A program made the translations under genes and the position numbers. The notes under the pieces are model-generated. The model made no database searches. It saw nothing but the letters and a program-made list of their open reading frames with translations, and was not told where the DNA came from. From a virus, in IMG/VR virus record IMGVR_UViG_3300036398_002324: a DNA stretch of 64,000 bases; one strand, 5' to 3'. Shown piece by piece: positions 44,901 to 55,662 of this stretch (positions are counted from its first letter, which is position 1; each line of letters starts with the position of its first letter).

Positions 44901-46342
44901 TATATCAAATTGAACCAACTTCAGTAACACCAAATACGAATCCAAATGTTGTTATCTCAGAAATTACAGTAACAAGCAAAGGTAATGGACATTCAAATGG
45001 TGTTCTTACATTCTCTGGTGGAAATCCAACACGTGCGGCAACAGTTTCCGTTGAAACTTTCCCACCACAATCTGCACAAGTTGTTTCGATTGTTGCAAAT
45101 ACGAATGCACATTCAGTTAATGGTTATATTCTTTTTACTGGAACGGGAAAAGACAATATAAGTGCAAACGCAAGAATTTATGTTAATACAACTGGAGCAA
45201 TTGAAAATGTAACCGTTTTGAATAGAGGTTTATATGTTGGAACGCCAACAGCAACAGCAAATGTTGGTAATGCAATTTTCACATTAACAATGTTGCCATT
45301 AGATGGTCAAATTCGTAAAATTGTTATTGTTGACCCGGGTTTATATACGTCCACACCATCTGCAACTCTAAACACTTCACCAAATTCTGTTATTGATATT
45401 AGTTCAAACACAGCAACCAATGTTTATGTTGGTCGTAGTTTGGCTAATGGTTATTTAATATTTACTGGTGGTGACCCAGTTAGAGATGCGAATGCAACAT
45501 ATGAAGTGTATCCATCAAATGGCGTAATCAACATGCAATCGATTGTGATTACTGATGTTGGATTATATCGTCGTCCACCAACGTTTGTTAGACCAAATAT
45601 AACTCCGGTTTCTATTACACAAGTATTGCCATTGATTGGTGGTTCTGGATACGTAAACGGTAATGTAGTGTTTTCAACAACCCAAGCGACCGCAAATATT
45701 GTTGCTAATTGCGTTGTAACAGTAAATTCAACCGGTGCAATTGTTCGCACACGTATGAATGATGTTGGATTGTATGCAAATGGCGCTGATGTTATTGTAG
45801 TTGGTATTTTAGACCCTGCTACTGCAACACTGCAAACACCAACCACGGCAGCAAGTTTTTCAATAGGTTTTAATGCAAATACAACAAACGTAGCCAATCT
45901 TGTTGTCACAACATCCGTAAATGTTGGACAAACAGCGGTTGTTGGTGTAATTGCTAATAGCAACACTTATACGAACGCAACATTCTCATTAGTCGCTGTC
46001 GCAAATGCACAAACCAATGCAGTAATATCTGTTGGATTTGTTGAACAAAACACCGCAGCAAATGTTCTTGTTGAAGTATATTCTGGAAATGGTGCAATAA
46101 GAAAATTAACTACAAATAGCAGCAGTGTGATTAAAGGTGTTGGTGAATATTATTATACTCCAGATTCTACGCCAAATAGTGCAGGAAGTGGAGCGGTAAT
46201 TAAATTTAATCCCGTTTCGTGGTATCAAACTGCAAATTTAGAAACCGCTGTCGTAATTTCCACAATTTCTACAATTCTAGTAACTACCGAATCTGAAGCT
46301 ATTATTCAAACAGAATTCGAAAAAGAATTAATAATAGAATAA
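41957..46342 (+). CDS. gp7: baseplate wedge initiator, extended with repeats
   Basis: QIPEFV..YPKFVSFLEAYY, YRSKG..SFKLLF, IQGEDYYVDYSY, LLHPVG; between gp6 and gp8. Confidence 0.75.
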   Translation: MSVTDLKTSIFVQKQIPEFVKDEYPKFVSFLEAYYDFLEARANTTTTSNNLVTSAKTLRNIKDVDDSIEQFEKNFYNTYASLIPLEVQSNKALLFKHLANLYRSKGNENSFKLLFQLIFGQDIDIIYPKNNVLRASASKWKTDTTLRINPDVYSRYVGDGTNTIFYLAQKVELDEVNIFVDDVLKTAEVDYYINIEYRRLVFINPPANGAIITAKYIDFNVSLFENRKVTGITTGSTAIVESANKRIVADIFILGLPIELIVNNNSLKGSFLTGETVSIPIIDDINNVTIDLRATSFSVIKKFNIINSGNNYSVGDIISVSGGNATSNALGVVASISSGTIDSGLIHHGGAAFSISSPISISGNDAFSTMLVVVDGIDTSGTNAANTLIISPDVISNLNFNVGEVYVNTSNFGAVFSKSNVSAANTIGEALNFISFQVGPITNVSVLSSTVPLNQKDFIVFDAAGADFGANTPKRYSKSLRSIGRYKIIDGGSNYKIGDEIVFGTNPLGTYGQHAAATVGKIAANGYIERIDAANSRISGVGTVSAACNEIVGTGTAFDLELVVGDRIDINNESKVVASITNNTILVVDSVYTYSATDKPIGVYGRWPLGGYGYTQNNFPSITVSSTTGSNAIVQIDSLTGDNEQISAQGFGANGQITSVNVIDPGSGYEYIPSVSVLGGDGTAVIRAEIEQSLISTSGRWTTSDSILSSFERKIQGEDYYVDYSYVLSSQIEFSKYKAILKQLLHPVGLVNYAFYNKQNVIELTDVLVQDVKETTISGRANVGNGGAVVVGDNTKFNIANTLGIITLNSLIAVNGEVRKINTIVSNTKIITTSNISNLTIANSGSGYSNGYLVFANGGGQVTSLTITNSGSGYENGTVKFSGTDEAIAAVANVEVYASNGSIRTLTLISGGLYANKPIALPDTNPHRVLYANGITITNRGQGYSNGWLSFAGGSPLRDANVQLIVHPNTVINTVIVHDSGLYQIEPTSVTPNTNPNVVISEITVTSKGNGHSNGVLTFSGGNPTRAATVSVETFPPQSAQVVSIVANTNAHSVNGYILFTGTGKDNISANARIYVNTTGAIENVTVLNRGLYVGTPTATANVGNAIFTLTMLPLDGQIRKIVIVDPGLYTSTPSATLNTSPNSVIDISSNTATNVYVGRSLANGYLIFTGGDPVRDANATYEVYPSNGVINMQSIVITDVGLYRRPPTFVRPNITPVSITQVLPLIGGSGYVNGNVVFSTTQATANIVANCVVTVNSTGAIVRTRMNDVGLYANGADVIVVGILDPATATLQTPTTAASFSIGFNANTTNVANLVVTTSVNVGQTAVVGVIANSNTYTNATFSLVAVANAQTNAVISVGFVEQNTAANVLVEVYSGNGAIRKLTTNSSSVIKGVGEYYYTPDSTPNSAGSGAVIKFNPVSWYQTANLETAVVISTISTILVTTESEAIIQTEFEKELIIE

Positions 46343-46368
46343 ATACAAAGTAAATTTAGGAATTAAAA

Positions 46369-47544
46369 ATGTCAAAAATTAAGTTATCAGAATTAACTGA
46401 ATTAACATCACCATCGTCTAATACGAAAAATACATTTTTTCTAGTGACGGATACCGAATCTGGTATTCCTGTTTCTAAAAAGATGTCCGCTTTTACATTA
46501 GATACTTTGTTAGACACAACACAAGGTCAAGCAAACTTGGCGTTCAATCATGCAAATTCTGGTTTCATTCAAGCCAATTCTGCATACAGGCACGTAAATT
46601 CTGCTTTTAATCACGCAAATTCTGGTTTCATTCAAGCCAATTCGGCATTTAATTTTGCCAATGGTGCTGCAATTGCAGCCAACACACCATCACATGTAGC
46701 AAACTCTGCTGCCATATATGCTAATGGAGCATTCGCTGCTGCTAACGCAGCGTCTGCAACTGATGCAACACAAAACAATAATATTGTTGCAGCATTTGCA
46801 CACGCTAATTCAGCATTTCTTGCTGCAAATACTCCATCACATGTGGCAAATTCTGCTGCAATCTACGCCAATGGTGCTTTCATTGCTGCAAATACTCCAT
46901 CACATGTGGCAAATTCTGCTGCAATCTATGCTAACGGAGCATTCAATGCAGCAAACGTAGAAAGTGGAATTAATTTAACACAAAATAACAGTATAAGTGC
47001 GGTTTTCATACATGCCAATTCATCTTTTGATTTTGCAAATGGTGTTTCGATTGCTGCAAACACACCATCATATACAGCAAACTCTTCGGGTTCTTATGCA
47101 AACTCAGCATTTATACATGCAAATTCTGCTTTTGATGTTGCGAATGCTGCAAGCACAACCAACATAACACAAAATAATAATATTTCAGCAGCATTCGCAC
47201 ACGCAAACGCAGCTTTTGACGTAGCCAATACAAACACAAACGTTGTCGCTGTGTATGAACAAGCAAATGCCGCTTTTATTACAGCAAACAGTGGATTTAT
47301 ACAAGCCAATGCATCATTCGACCATGCCAATTCTGGATTTATACAAGCCAATGCATCATTTGACCATGCCAATTCTGGATTTATTCATGCCAATTCTGCG
47401 TTTGATGCTGCAAATACGGCGGATGATTATAGCGCAGCAAATACTCAACTATGGGCAAATCCCGCACCCGTAACTGTTCAGACAGCAATTGACCGTCTTG
47501 TAGCTGTTGTCTTTGCGTTAAATAGTAACACTCCAATACCATAA
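46369..47544 (+). CDS. virion fibre-like protein made of ANxAF heptads
   Basis: KIKLSELT start then near-continuous ANSAF/ANSGF/ANTPSHV repeats. Confidence 0.75.
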   Translation: MSKIKLSELTELTSPSSNTKNTFFLVTDTESGIPVSKKMSAFTLDTLLDTTQGQANLAFNHANSGFIQANSAYRHVNSAFNHANSGFIQANSAFNFANGAAIAANTPSHVANSAAIYANGAFAAANAASATDATQNNNIVAAFAHANSAFLAANTPSHVANSAAIYANGAFIAANTPSHVANSAAIYANGAFNAANVESGINLTQNNSISAVFIHANSSFDFANGVSIAANTPSYTANSSGSYANSAFIHANSAFDVANAASTTNITQNNNISAAFAHANAAFDVANTNTNVVAVYEQANAAFITANSGFIQANASFDHANSGFIQANASFDHANSGFIHANSAFDAANTADDYSAANTQLWANPAPVTVQTAIDRLVAVVFALNSNTPIP

Positions 47545-47556
47545 TAGATAATAATC

Positions 47557-49128
47557 ATGTCATCAGTAACATCTAAAAAACTACCTTACATAGCATCGAT
47601 TCAATTTAGAGAGTCGTTTTATGAACCATCTCCTGAAGTTGGTTATGTTTACATTGGAAGACCTCTTGCATACACAGATGAAAATTTTCCCTCACCAGCT
47701 ATTGATAGTATCGAAGAAGAGAAGTTGGTTTGGGAGAATATGATTGGGGCTAAAAAAATCACAGGAAATGACGTAGAACTTGTCATACCTTTGGTCAGTT
47801 GGACAGCTAACACAAAATATAAACAATATGATGATTTGATTGATTTGGAAGATTTGATAACTGGTGACATTTCTTTAAATGTAAAACCAATGTATGTTTA
47901 CACTTCTGAACGTAATGTTTATAAGTGTTTATCAAATAATGCATCGGCAAATTCTGTTGTGGAACCAACGGGTGACTATATTTCATCAAACGGCAACATA
48001 TCAACATCCGATGGTTTCATTTGGAAATATATGTTCAATGTCAGACCATCCAATAAATTCTTGACGAATGAGTGGATTCCAGTGCCAATCGGCACAAATC
48101 AATTAGATTATGGTGTTAGTAGTACAGGTGTTATCGATGGAGAACTTACAACAATAGTTGTTACAAGTAGTGGATTAGGTTTTTATGAAAATAATGTTTC
48201 AGTTATTCCTACTTTCTCTTCCGGTTGTACAGTATTAACACTAGCAAACACTACAAATGTTGCAGCTAATATGTCAGTTTCTGGTGTTGGTATAGTTCCA
48301 GGAACATATATCAGAAATATTGACGTACCAAATAACAATATAGCTTTATCATTCGCAACCAGTGGTTCGGGTGGTGGTAACACAACAGCAAATCAAATTG
48401 CACTAACCACAAGAATTTATATTGATGGTGATGGTATTGGTGCGGTTGCTAGGTCAACAATCAATTCGGCTGGATATTTGACAAAGGTTACAGTTACTAC
48501 TATTGGAACTGGATATTCGAGAGCTAATGCATTTGTATATGGAACAGGTTCAGGAGCAACGTTACGTGTTATTCGTGATATGAAGTATGGTCATGCAAGA
48601 AATCCAGCAAAAGAATTGGGTGCAAATAGTGTGATGATTGTTTCCAGAATGGGTGAAATTGATTCAACTGAAAATGGAAAAATTCCAGCAAATACATCAT
48701 TTAGGCAGTATGGTGTTCTAGTTAATCCACATAAATATGGAAATTCTCAAGCAGTTTCAGCAACATCGGCTAATGCTGTAATATCACAAGCAACATCTTT
48801 GATTATGACAACGGGTTCAAATTATACTATTGGTGAATTTGTTTATCAAGGTTTTGCTAATGACACATCAGCATCTTCAACCACTGCATATGGGTTTGTT
48901 TTGGATCAAACCGCAACACAAGTAAGACTGACTAATGTAAGAGGAATTTTTAAAACTGGTTTTCCTTTGCGTGGAACGAGTTCTGGTATAGCAGATCGTT
49001 TGGTTATTTCAGTACAAAATCCAGAATTTCAACCATATTCTGGTGATGTTATATACACTGAGAATGCATTCAAAACGCAAAGATCAGAAGGTCAAGCGGA
49101 AAATATAAAACTTATTGTAAGATTTTAA
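47557..49128 (+). CDS. gp8: baseplate wedge subunit
   Basis: YVYIGRP, MIGAKKI, NVYKCLSNN, DGFIWKYMF, QAENIKLIVRF. Confidence 0.85.
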   Translation: MSSVTSKKLPYIASIQFRESFYEPSPEVGYVYIGRPLAYTDENFPSPAIDSIEEEKLVWENMIGAKKITGNDVELVIPLVSWTANTKYKQYDDLIDLEDLITGDISLNVKPMYVYTSERNVYKCLSNNASANSVVEPTGDYISSNGNISTSDGFIWKYMFNVRPSNKFLTNEWIPVPIGTNQLDYGVSSTGVIDGELTTIVVTSSGLGFYENNVSVIPTFSSGCTVLTLANTTNVAANMSVSGVGIVPGTYIRNIDVPNNNIALSFATSGSGGGNTTANQIALTTRIYIDGDGIGAVARSTINSAGYLTKVTVTTIGTGYSRANAFVYGTGSGATLRVIRDMKYGHARNPAKELGANSVMIVSRMGEIDSTENGKIPANTSFRQYGVLVNPHKYGNSQAVSATSANAVISQATSLIMTTGSNYTIGEFVYQGFANDTSASSTTAYGFVLDQTATQVRLTNVRGIFKTGFPLRGTSSGIADRLVISVQNPEFQPYSGDVIYTENAFKTQRSEGQAENIKLIVRF

Positions 49129-49138
49129 AGGTTAATAA

Positions 49139-52100
49139 ATGGCACTAATTACTAATTTCAATCAAGACCCGTACTACGACGATTTTGACGACGACAAAAA
49201 TTATTATAGGGTTTTGTTTAAACCAGGAAATGCTGTACAGGCACGTGAATTAACGCAGTTACAGACTAACCTACAAGATCAAATTAAAAAATTTGGTGAC
49301 CATATTTTCAAAACCGGTTCTATTGTTACTGGTGGTCAGATTACTATTCAGAATACAACTTATTTGAATATATCTTCAACATATTCTGGTCAAGATATTT
49401 CTTATCTGAATTTTGATAAACAAATAATTATTAACACCGCAAACACAAAACGTGCATACGTTTTAAAGTCGTATCCTGCGTCTGTTTCAGACAATCAGCC
49501 AATAACATTTATTATTAATCAAATGTATGGTGACCCATTTACTTCAGACGAATCATTCTATACTTCAAACAATGATGTATCATCAATAGTCTATTATGCA
49601 AATACAGCTTCTTCAAATGTAACTGGCAACTGCCAATCATTTTCTGTCAACGAAGGTGTCTTCTATTATGATGGCTTTTTTGTTAAGACTCAACCACAAA
49701 CTGTAGCCATAAACAAATATAGTCTACAAGGAAGTGCTATTGTTGGTTTTAACGTAAATGAGGATTTAATTGATTACTCTGAAGATACAACACTTTTAGA
49801 CCCAGCACAGGGCTCTTCAAATTTTCAAGCTCCGGGTGCAGACCGTTACAAAATTGAAATGGTTTTGGATACAAGAAGCGTTGATAGCACAGATTTAAAA
49901 CAGTTTATTGAATTAGGAACTGTTCAAGATGGTGTTCCTTTAAAAGTTGCTCAAACTCCAATTTATGCGGCAATTGGTGATGAACTTGCCCGTAGAACAG
50001 AAGATGAGTCTGGTGATTACGTTATTAAAAATTTTGCAATAGAACTAAATGACAGCGCCGCAAATTCAGCCTATTCCAATATTTCTTTGGGTTCTGGTAA
50101 AGCCTACATTAAAGGTTATGAATTTAGAAGAGATGCGCCGACAATTATAACGGTTCCAAAACCAAGAACAACAGAATCTGTTTCGAATCGTAGAATTGAA
50201 GTTGATTATGGCTATTATATTTTTGCGAATAGTTTGTTTGGTAATTTTGCAACAAATCAATATAGTAATGTTGAACTATCTCTATTGAATACTGGACAAG
50301 CCAATGCTTATTTGAACGCAGGAAATACTGCAATATATTCCAATACCGTAATTGGAAATACAAAAGTCAAACTAGTTTCTTTCTATTCGGTTTCAGCTAA
50401 TACTTTAGAGAGTAATAACTACATTTATAAAGTGTTCTTAACTGATATCAACACACGTTCGATTGGTGCAAATGGTGGATATGGTGTAAATGCTACTAGT
50501 GGTTCTGCTACTACAATTGTATTACCGAGTGGATATGCAGCTAATAATGATGTTTATAAGGGACTATCAATTAGAATAGTTGGTGGTGCACCATTCAATA
50601 CGCCTAGTGATAATACTGCAAGAATTATTACAGATTATGTTGGTTCAACTTTAACTGCTACAGTTTCTCCACCATTTAGTAGTGATGCTGCTACCGCTGC
50701 GGCAGCAGGTAATTTTAGATTTGTTATTGACCCAAAATTTGTTGATGTTGAATCTTTGGTTACTCGTAGTGCCTCTGGTTTAAGAATCGCATCTGCAAAC
50801 GTTTCTCCACTCTCAAAAGATAGAAGCTATGGTTCTAGTGCAACTTCAATTACACAATCGAAATTATTTCAACCTACTATAATTAATGAATCTAAACGTG
50901 AACCATTACTAATTAAGATTGGTGAAAATAATATTGCCGATAATACGATTCGTGATTTTTCATATTCTTATAGAAGACTTTATCAAACTGTAACATTTAC
51001 ATCTGGCGTGTCTCAGTCTCTATCTTTAGGAACAGGAGAAACTTTACAGAGTGCTGCCACATCTTCATCCAAACAAGAATATTATCAAATCGTTGTAACA
51101 AATCAGGGAACTGGTATTCATGTTAAAGGAAAAACTGTTCCGGCGCAACAATTTAGCGTTGATACAGCATCACGTACTATTAGTGTTGATGGTGGAGAAA
51201 ATATGACGGCAAACATTTATGCTGTTGTAAATGCATCAAATCCAACATCAAAAACAAAAACATTTATTCCTGCAAACACAAAACTTGTCGACCCTTCTTG
51301 GGGTCTTGGTTTAGGAACTTATATTAGCGTTTTTGGTACTAATGCTTCAGGTAATACCAATGCAAATATTGCACCATATGATGGACAAACAATCATTAAT
51401 CAAAATATTGTTGAAAGAAAACCTGGTGCACCACAATATTTGTATGTAACAGATGTTCATTCTATTAATGCTATTTTTGATTTAAATGGCTCAAACGTTT
51501 CAACATCCGTTTACAATTCTCTGACAGAGGCATCTAATGTAACAAGTCGTTATGTATTGAATACTGGCCAAAAAGATTCTTATTATGAATGGGCATCAAT
51601 TACTTTAAAACCTGGTCAAAATGCTCCAATTGGACCTCTTGTTGTTCGTTATAACAGATTCACATCAAACGGCTCAGGATATTTTGATATTGATTCATAC
51701 ACAAGATTGGGATCACAAGAGAAGGGTGGACAAGGTCTTGATTATGGATTGGTTCCTATTTTCACTACACAAGATGGAGCGAAAATACCTTTAAAAGATT
51801 ATCTAGATTTTAGACCAGTTCGTGCTGATGCTACTTCAACATATAGAGCAAATAACTTTGTATTGAATGTTGATGAAGCCGTTCTTGGTCCACAGATTGC
51901 CGAGCCAGGATTAGATATTATTACTGATTATGAATATTACTTACCAAGAATTGATAGGGTTGTCTTAAATAAGAGCAGAGAGTTTCAGGTATTACAGGGT
52001 ATACCTGCGATTAATCCTGTGGTTCCTATAGAACCAACCGATTCTATGACATTGTATGTTTTGTCATATCCACCATACACAACATTTACAAATTCGGCTA

Positions 52101-55100
52101 CAATTCAGACATTCAATCATAGACGCTATACAATGAGAGATATTGCGAGATTGGACAAAAGAATTTCGAATCTTGAATTGTATACATCACTATCAATTGC
52201 CGAATTAGCCACAATTAATAAGAATGATAGAACGGTTCGTGATTCTGTTGGTTTATCAAGACCAAAAAATGGAGTATTTGTTGATTCATTTGTTGACAAA
52301 GCTGCCGCTGCAATCACACAGCCAGATTTTGATGCTGCAATCGATATTGTATCTCGTTTGTGTAGAGGTTCATTCAATTTAAATTCTACAACAATATTCT
52401 CAAACAATTCTATTTCAAATCAAAATATTGAAATTAATGGTCCATTGTTGCTGTTGTCTTCTTCAAACACTACGTTTGTTTCGCAAAATAGAGCATCGAA
52501 GACGATGAACATTAATCCGTTCAACATTGTTAATTATATTGGAACAGTTAAGCTTGATCCACCATCTGATGTTTGGCGCTCAGAAACTCGTTTAGAATCT
52601 CAAAACATTGATCTTTCTGGTGGCCAAGAAGCAGCAGATGCATGGTCAGCAATGGAGTTTACATCGTATGGTTATTGGAATACAGAGGTTATTGGTGTTT
52701 CAAAACAAGTATTAGATAAATCAACTAAAATTGATGTTACAAGCGCATCTGGTAAATATGCAGCAGAGGCTAGTGCCCAGTTTGAAAAAACGGGAAAAGC
52801 GTCATCTGTTGCGGGTGGAACAGGAGCTGCGATTAAAGGTGATGTTGATTATATCACAACTACAAACTATCTAGAAACACAAACTTTAGAAAAAACTCGT
52901 ACCAATCTAGTTACAACAATTACACCAAAACAATTAACAGAATCTTTTGGAGACCGTTTAGTTGATGTTAGTGTTGTACAATACATGAGAGAAAAGAATA
53001 TTTTAATTCTTGGTACAAAGTTTAAACCATTTACAACACTAAATGCATTCTTTGATAACGTAAACGTAAACGATAATATTGCAAAAATAAATCGTTTTGA
53101 AATGACTCAAAATAAATTAAAATATAAAACAACAATTGCTGATGCTGAAACTGTAACTTTTTATAAAGTATCCGATACAAGTGGTTTAAAAGATACTGAT
53201 ATACAGATTGGTACTGGTAAAGTTGTTTTAACTTCTAGCAAAAATGCATTTATTGTGAGCATCACTCCAGAACCAACATTCGGTTCATGGATACAGTGTA
53301 CACCAGATGGCATTTGGATTAAAGGTGATGTTACTGGTCAAGTTTATAGAACCACAAATTGGATTCATCAATCAGGTATCGCACGTGCTGGTGGCGCAAC
53401 AACAATTTCACTTGCACACAGTGTGGGTGGTGCATCAAATGCAACAGATTATGTCGGCAAGACAATTCGTATTATTGCTGGAAAAGGTAAAGGACAATCT
53501 GCAACAATTAGCAATTATACCTTTGGCACTGGTGTTGCAGATATTGATGGAACTTGGAAAACAAATCCAGATTCAACTTCTGTTTATACTATTGGAACAC
53601 TAGAAACAACTAAAGAAGGTGCATGTGCGGCAGTGTTCTTTATGCCTGCTGATGTTTACAGAACAGGTGAAAAAGTTCTTCGTTTGATTGATGACGAGTT
53701 TAACAATATCGAAAATTCAAGAACCAACGGCAATGCTAAGTTCTATTCACAGGGTCAAGTTGATACTAAACAAGAACAAATTGTTACAGTTTTTGTACCA
53801 ACATCAACACAAACTTCTGTTACGGAACAAACTACAGATACGGTAACTTCGGTAAAATCAGTAACTAATACAACAACAAAAAATAACGTTGTCATTGGTT
53901 ATTATGACCCACTTGCACAGACATTTTTAATTAATCCAAATCAATATCCACAAGGTATTGTGATTGATTCTGTGCGTGTTTGTTTCAAAACAAAAGATGT
54001 GAGTGAACCTGTTACATGTCAGATTCGACCAGTTAATAATGGTTACCCATCATCTGCTGTGATTTACCCATATGCTGAAAAAACATTAACTCCAGACGAA
54101 GTTAATATAACAGATATTCCAGATTTGGGTGATGCAAACAAATATACAGAATTTAAATTTGATGTACCCGTTCTCTTGTTACCTGGAGAGCATTCGTTTG
54201 TTCTGGTTTCAAATAGTAATGGTTATGAATGTTATGTTGCACAGATTGGTGGTACAGACATCCGTACCAGCGTAAAAATCTCTGAACAACCATATACGGG
54301 TTCACTATTCTTATCTCAAAATGGTTCTACATGGACCGCAGACCAAGAATTGGATATCATGTTCAGTATTCAAAAAAGAGTATTCTCACAAAATTCTGGA
54401 CAAGCATTCTTTGAAGCTGACCTTTCTGGATATTCTTCTAATACAGTATTCGATACATTGAATTTTATGTCTACTGATGCAACTGTATTGAATACAAATA
54501 TTTCTTATGACTTTATTGCTCAACCAGAGTCTGGAGATTCTCAACCATTTTTACCAATTATTCCTAATTTGGATTATGATTGTGTTGATGGATATGGCAG
54601 AAGAATTCTGAGTAAAACTATTGGAAACACATCATTCCAATTAAGAGCAACACTTTCAACAACAAATTCAGATATTTCTCCTATGATTGATATCTCTCGT
54701 TTGAATTTGTTGACTATTGAAAATAAGATTAACAATATGGAATTGCAAAACACAGGATTCATTATTGTAAATCAAGGCTCTGGATACACAACGAATGGCA
54801 GTGTTATCTTTAGTTATCCAGATGGTGCCGTTGGTCAAGGTGCGGGTGGTGCTGCAAGAGCAGTAACTGATGGAGATAAAATTACTCGAATTGAATTAAC
54901 AAATGCTGGAACTGGATATTTGACTTCTCCTATATTACAAATTACTGGTGGAGGTGGTTCTGGTGCAACGGCTGTTTATAATGGTGAAGATAAATCTTCT
55001 GGTGGTAATTCAAACATTCGTTATATTACCAAGCGTGTGAAACTTGCTTCTGGTTTTGAAGCGGGTGATTTGCGTGTTTACATGGATGTCTATCGTCCAC

Positions 55101-55438
55101 CAGGTTCTGGAATTTTAGTGTATTACAAACTACTATCAGATTCAGATAGTGCAAGCTTTGATGACAATAACTATCAATTGATGACTGAATTTTCAGACAC
55201 TTTAAACGTGACTTCTACGGCTAAAAACGATTTCTTTGAAGCTATCTACGCTCCAGGTACCTATGGTACAGGCGAATTTGATAATAAGGTTTCGTATTTG
55301 TCTGCTAACGGAAGCATTGATCCATACACAGATTTCTCATTATTTGCAATCAAAGTGGTTATGTATGGAACAAGCACTGTTAATGTTCCTAAAATTTCAC
55401 AGTTGCGTGTTGTTGCTTTACCTGCATCTACTACATAA
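49139..55438 (+). CDS. large virion structural protein (VrlC/DUF4815-like)
   Basis: PYYDDFD..YYRVLFKPG.AVQARELTQLQ, APGADR, RRYTMRDI, DPLAQTF. Confidence 0.85.
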   Translation: MALITNFNQDPYYDDFDDDKNYYRVLFKPGNAVQARELTQLQTNLQDQIKKFGDHIFKTGSIVTGGQITIQNTTYLNISSTYSGQDISYLNFDKQIIINTANTKRAYVLKSYPASVSDNQPITFIINQMYGDPFTSDESFYTSNNDVSSIVYYANTASSNVTGNCQSFSVNEGVFYYDGFFVKTQPQTVAINKYSLQGSAIVGFNVNEDLIDYSEDTTLLDPAQGSSNFQAPGADRYKIEMVLDTRSVDSTDLKQFIELGTVQDGVPLKVAQTPIYAAIGDELARRTEDESGDYVIKNFAIELNDSAANSAYSNISLGSGKAYIKGYEFRRDAPTIITVPKPRTTESVSNRRIEVDYGYYIFANSLFGNFATNQYSNVELSLLNTGQANAYLNAGNTAIYSNTVIGNTKVKLVSFYSVSANTLESNNYIYKVFLTDINTRSIGANGGYGVNATSGSATTIVLPSGYAANNDVYKGLSIRIVGGAPFNTPSDNTARIITDYVGSTLTATVSPPFSSDAATAAAAGNFRFVIDPKFVDVESLVTRSASGLRIASANVSPLSKDRSYGSSATSITQSKLFQPTIINESKREPLLIKIGENNIADNTIRDFSYSYRRLYQTVTFTSGVSQSLSLGTGETLQSAATSSSKQEYYQIVVTNQGTGIHVKGKTVPAQQFSVDTASRTISVDGGENMTANIYAVVNASNPTSKTKTFIPANTKLVDPSWGLGLGTYISVFGTNASGNTNANIAPYDGQTIINQNIVERKPGAPQYLYVTDVHSINAIFDLNGSNVSTSVYNSLTEASNVTSRYVLNTGQKDSYYEWASITLKPGQNAPIGPLVVRYNRFTSNGSGYFDIDSYTRLGSQEKGGQGLDYGLVPIFTTQDGAKIPLKDYLDFRPVRADATSTYRANNFVLNVDEAVLGPQIAEPGLDIITDYEYYLPRIDRVVLNKSREFQVLQGIPAINPVVPIEPTDSMTLYVLSYPPYTTFTNSATIQTFNHRRYTMRDIARLDKRISNLELYTSLSIAELATINKNDRTVRDSVGLSRPKNGVFVDSFVDKAAAAITQPDFDAAIDIVSRLCRGSFNLNSTTIFSNNSISNQNIEINGPLLLLSSSNTTFVSQNRASKTMNINPFNIVNYIGTVKLDPPSDVWRSETRLESQNIDLSGGQEAADAWSAMEFTSYGYWNTEVIGVSKQVLDKSTKIDVTSASGKYAAEASAQFEKTGKASSVAGGTGAAIKGDVDYITTTNYLETQTLEKTRTNLVTTITPKQLTESFGDRLVDVSVVQYMREKNILILGTKFKPFTTLNAFFDNVNVNDNIAKINRFEMTQNKLKYKTTIADAETVTFYKVSDTSGLKDTDIQIGTGKVVLTSSKNAFIVSITPEPTFGSWIQCTPDGIWIKGDVTGQVYRTTNWIHQSGIARAGGATTISLAHSVGGASNATDYVGKTIRIIAGKGKGQSATISNYTFGTGVADIDGTWKTNPDSTSVYTIGTLETTKEGACAAVFFMPADVYRTGEKVLRLIDDEFNNIENSRTNGNAKFYSQGQVDTKQEQIVTVFVPTSTQTSVTEQTTDTVTSVKSVTNTTTKNNVVIGYYDPLAQTFLINPNQYPQGIVIDSVRVCFKTKDVSEPVTCQIRPVNNGYPSSAVIYPYAEKTLTPDEVNITDIPDLGDANKYTEFKFDVPVLLLPGEHSFVLVSNSNGYECYVAQIGGTDIRTSVKISEQPYTGSLFLSQNGSTWTADQELDIMFSIQKRVFSQNSGQAFFEADLSGYSSNTVFDTLNFMSTDATVLNTNISYDFIAQPESGDSQPFLPIIPNLDYDCVDGYGRRILSKTIGNTSFQLRATLSTTNSDISPMIDISRLNLLTIENKINNMELQNTGFIIVNQGSGYTTNGSVIFSYPDGAVGQGAGGAARAVTDGDKITRIELTNAGTGYLTSPILQITGGGGSGATAVYNGEDKSSGGNSNIRYITKRVKLASGFEAGDLRVYMDVYRPPGSGILVYYKLLSDSDSASFDDNNYQLMTEFSDTLNVTSTAKNDFFEAIYAPGTYGTGEFDNKVSYLSANGSIDPYTDFSLFAIKVVMYGTSTVNVPKISQLRVVALPASTT

Positions 55439-55439
55439 T

Positions 55440-55661
55440 ATGTACGTTCAAATTAAAGATAATAAAAACTTTTATCGTGATACGGAAAGTAATGCGCTCC
55501 TCAACGTTAACGTTGAGGAGCTTAAAACTTATTACGCCGAACGAGAATTGCGTTTAAAAGAGATGCGAAAAAAAGAAGAAATGGAAAATAAAGTAAATAA
55601 ATTAGAAGAGGATGTATCTGAAATAAAAAATCTTCTGCGTCAACTTGTAGCAAAGTCATAA
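55440..55661 (+). CDS. small coiled-coil protein
   Basis: RDTESNALLN..LEEDVSEIKNLL; ATG right after the VrlC-like stop. Confidence 0.7.
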   Translation: MYVQIKDNKNFYRDTESNALLNVNVEELKTYYAERELRLKEMRKKEEMENKVNKLEEDVSEIKNLLRQLVAKS

Positions 55662-55662
55662 A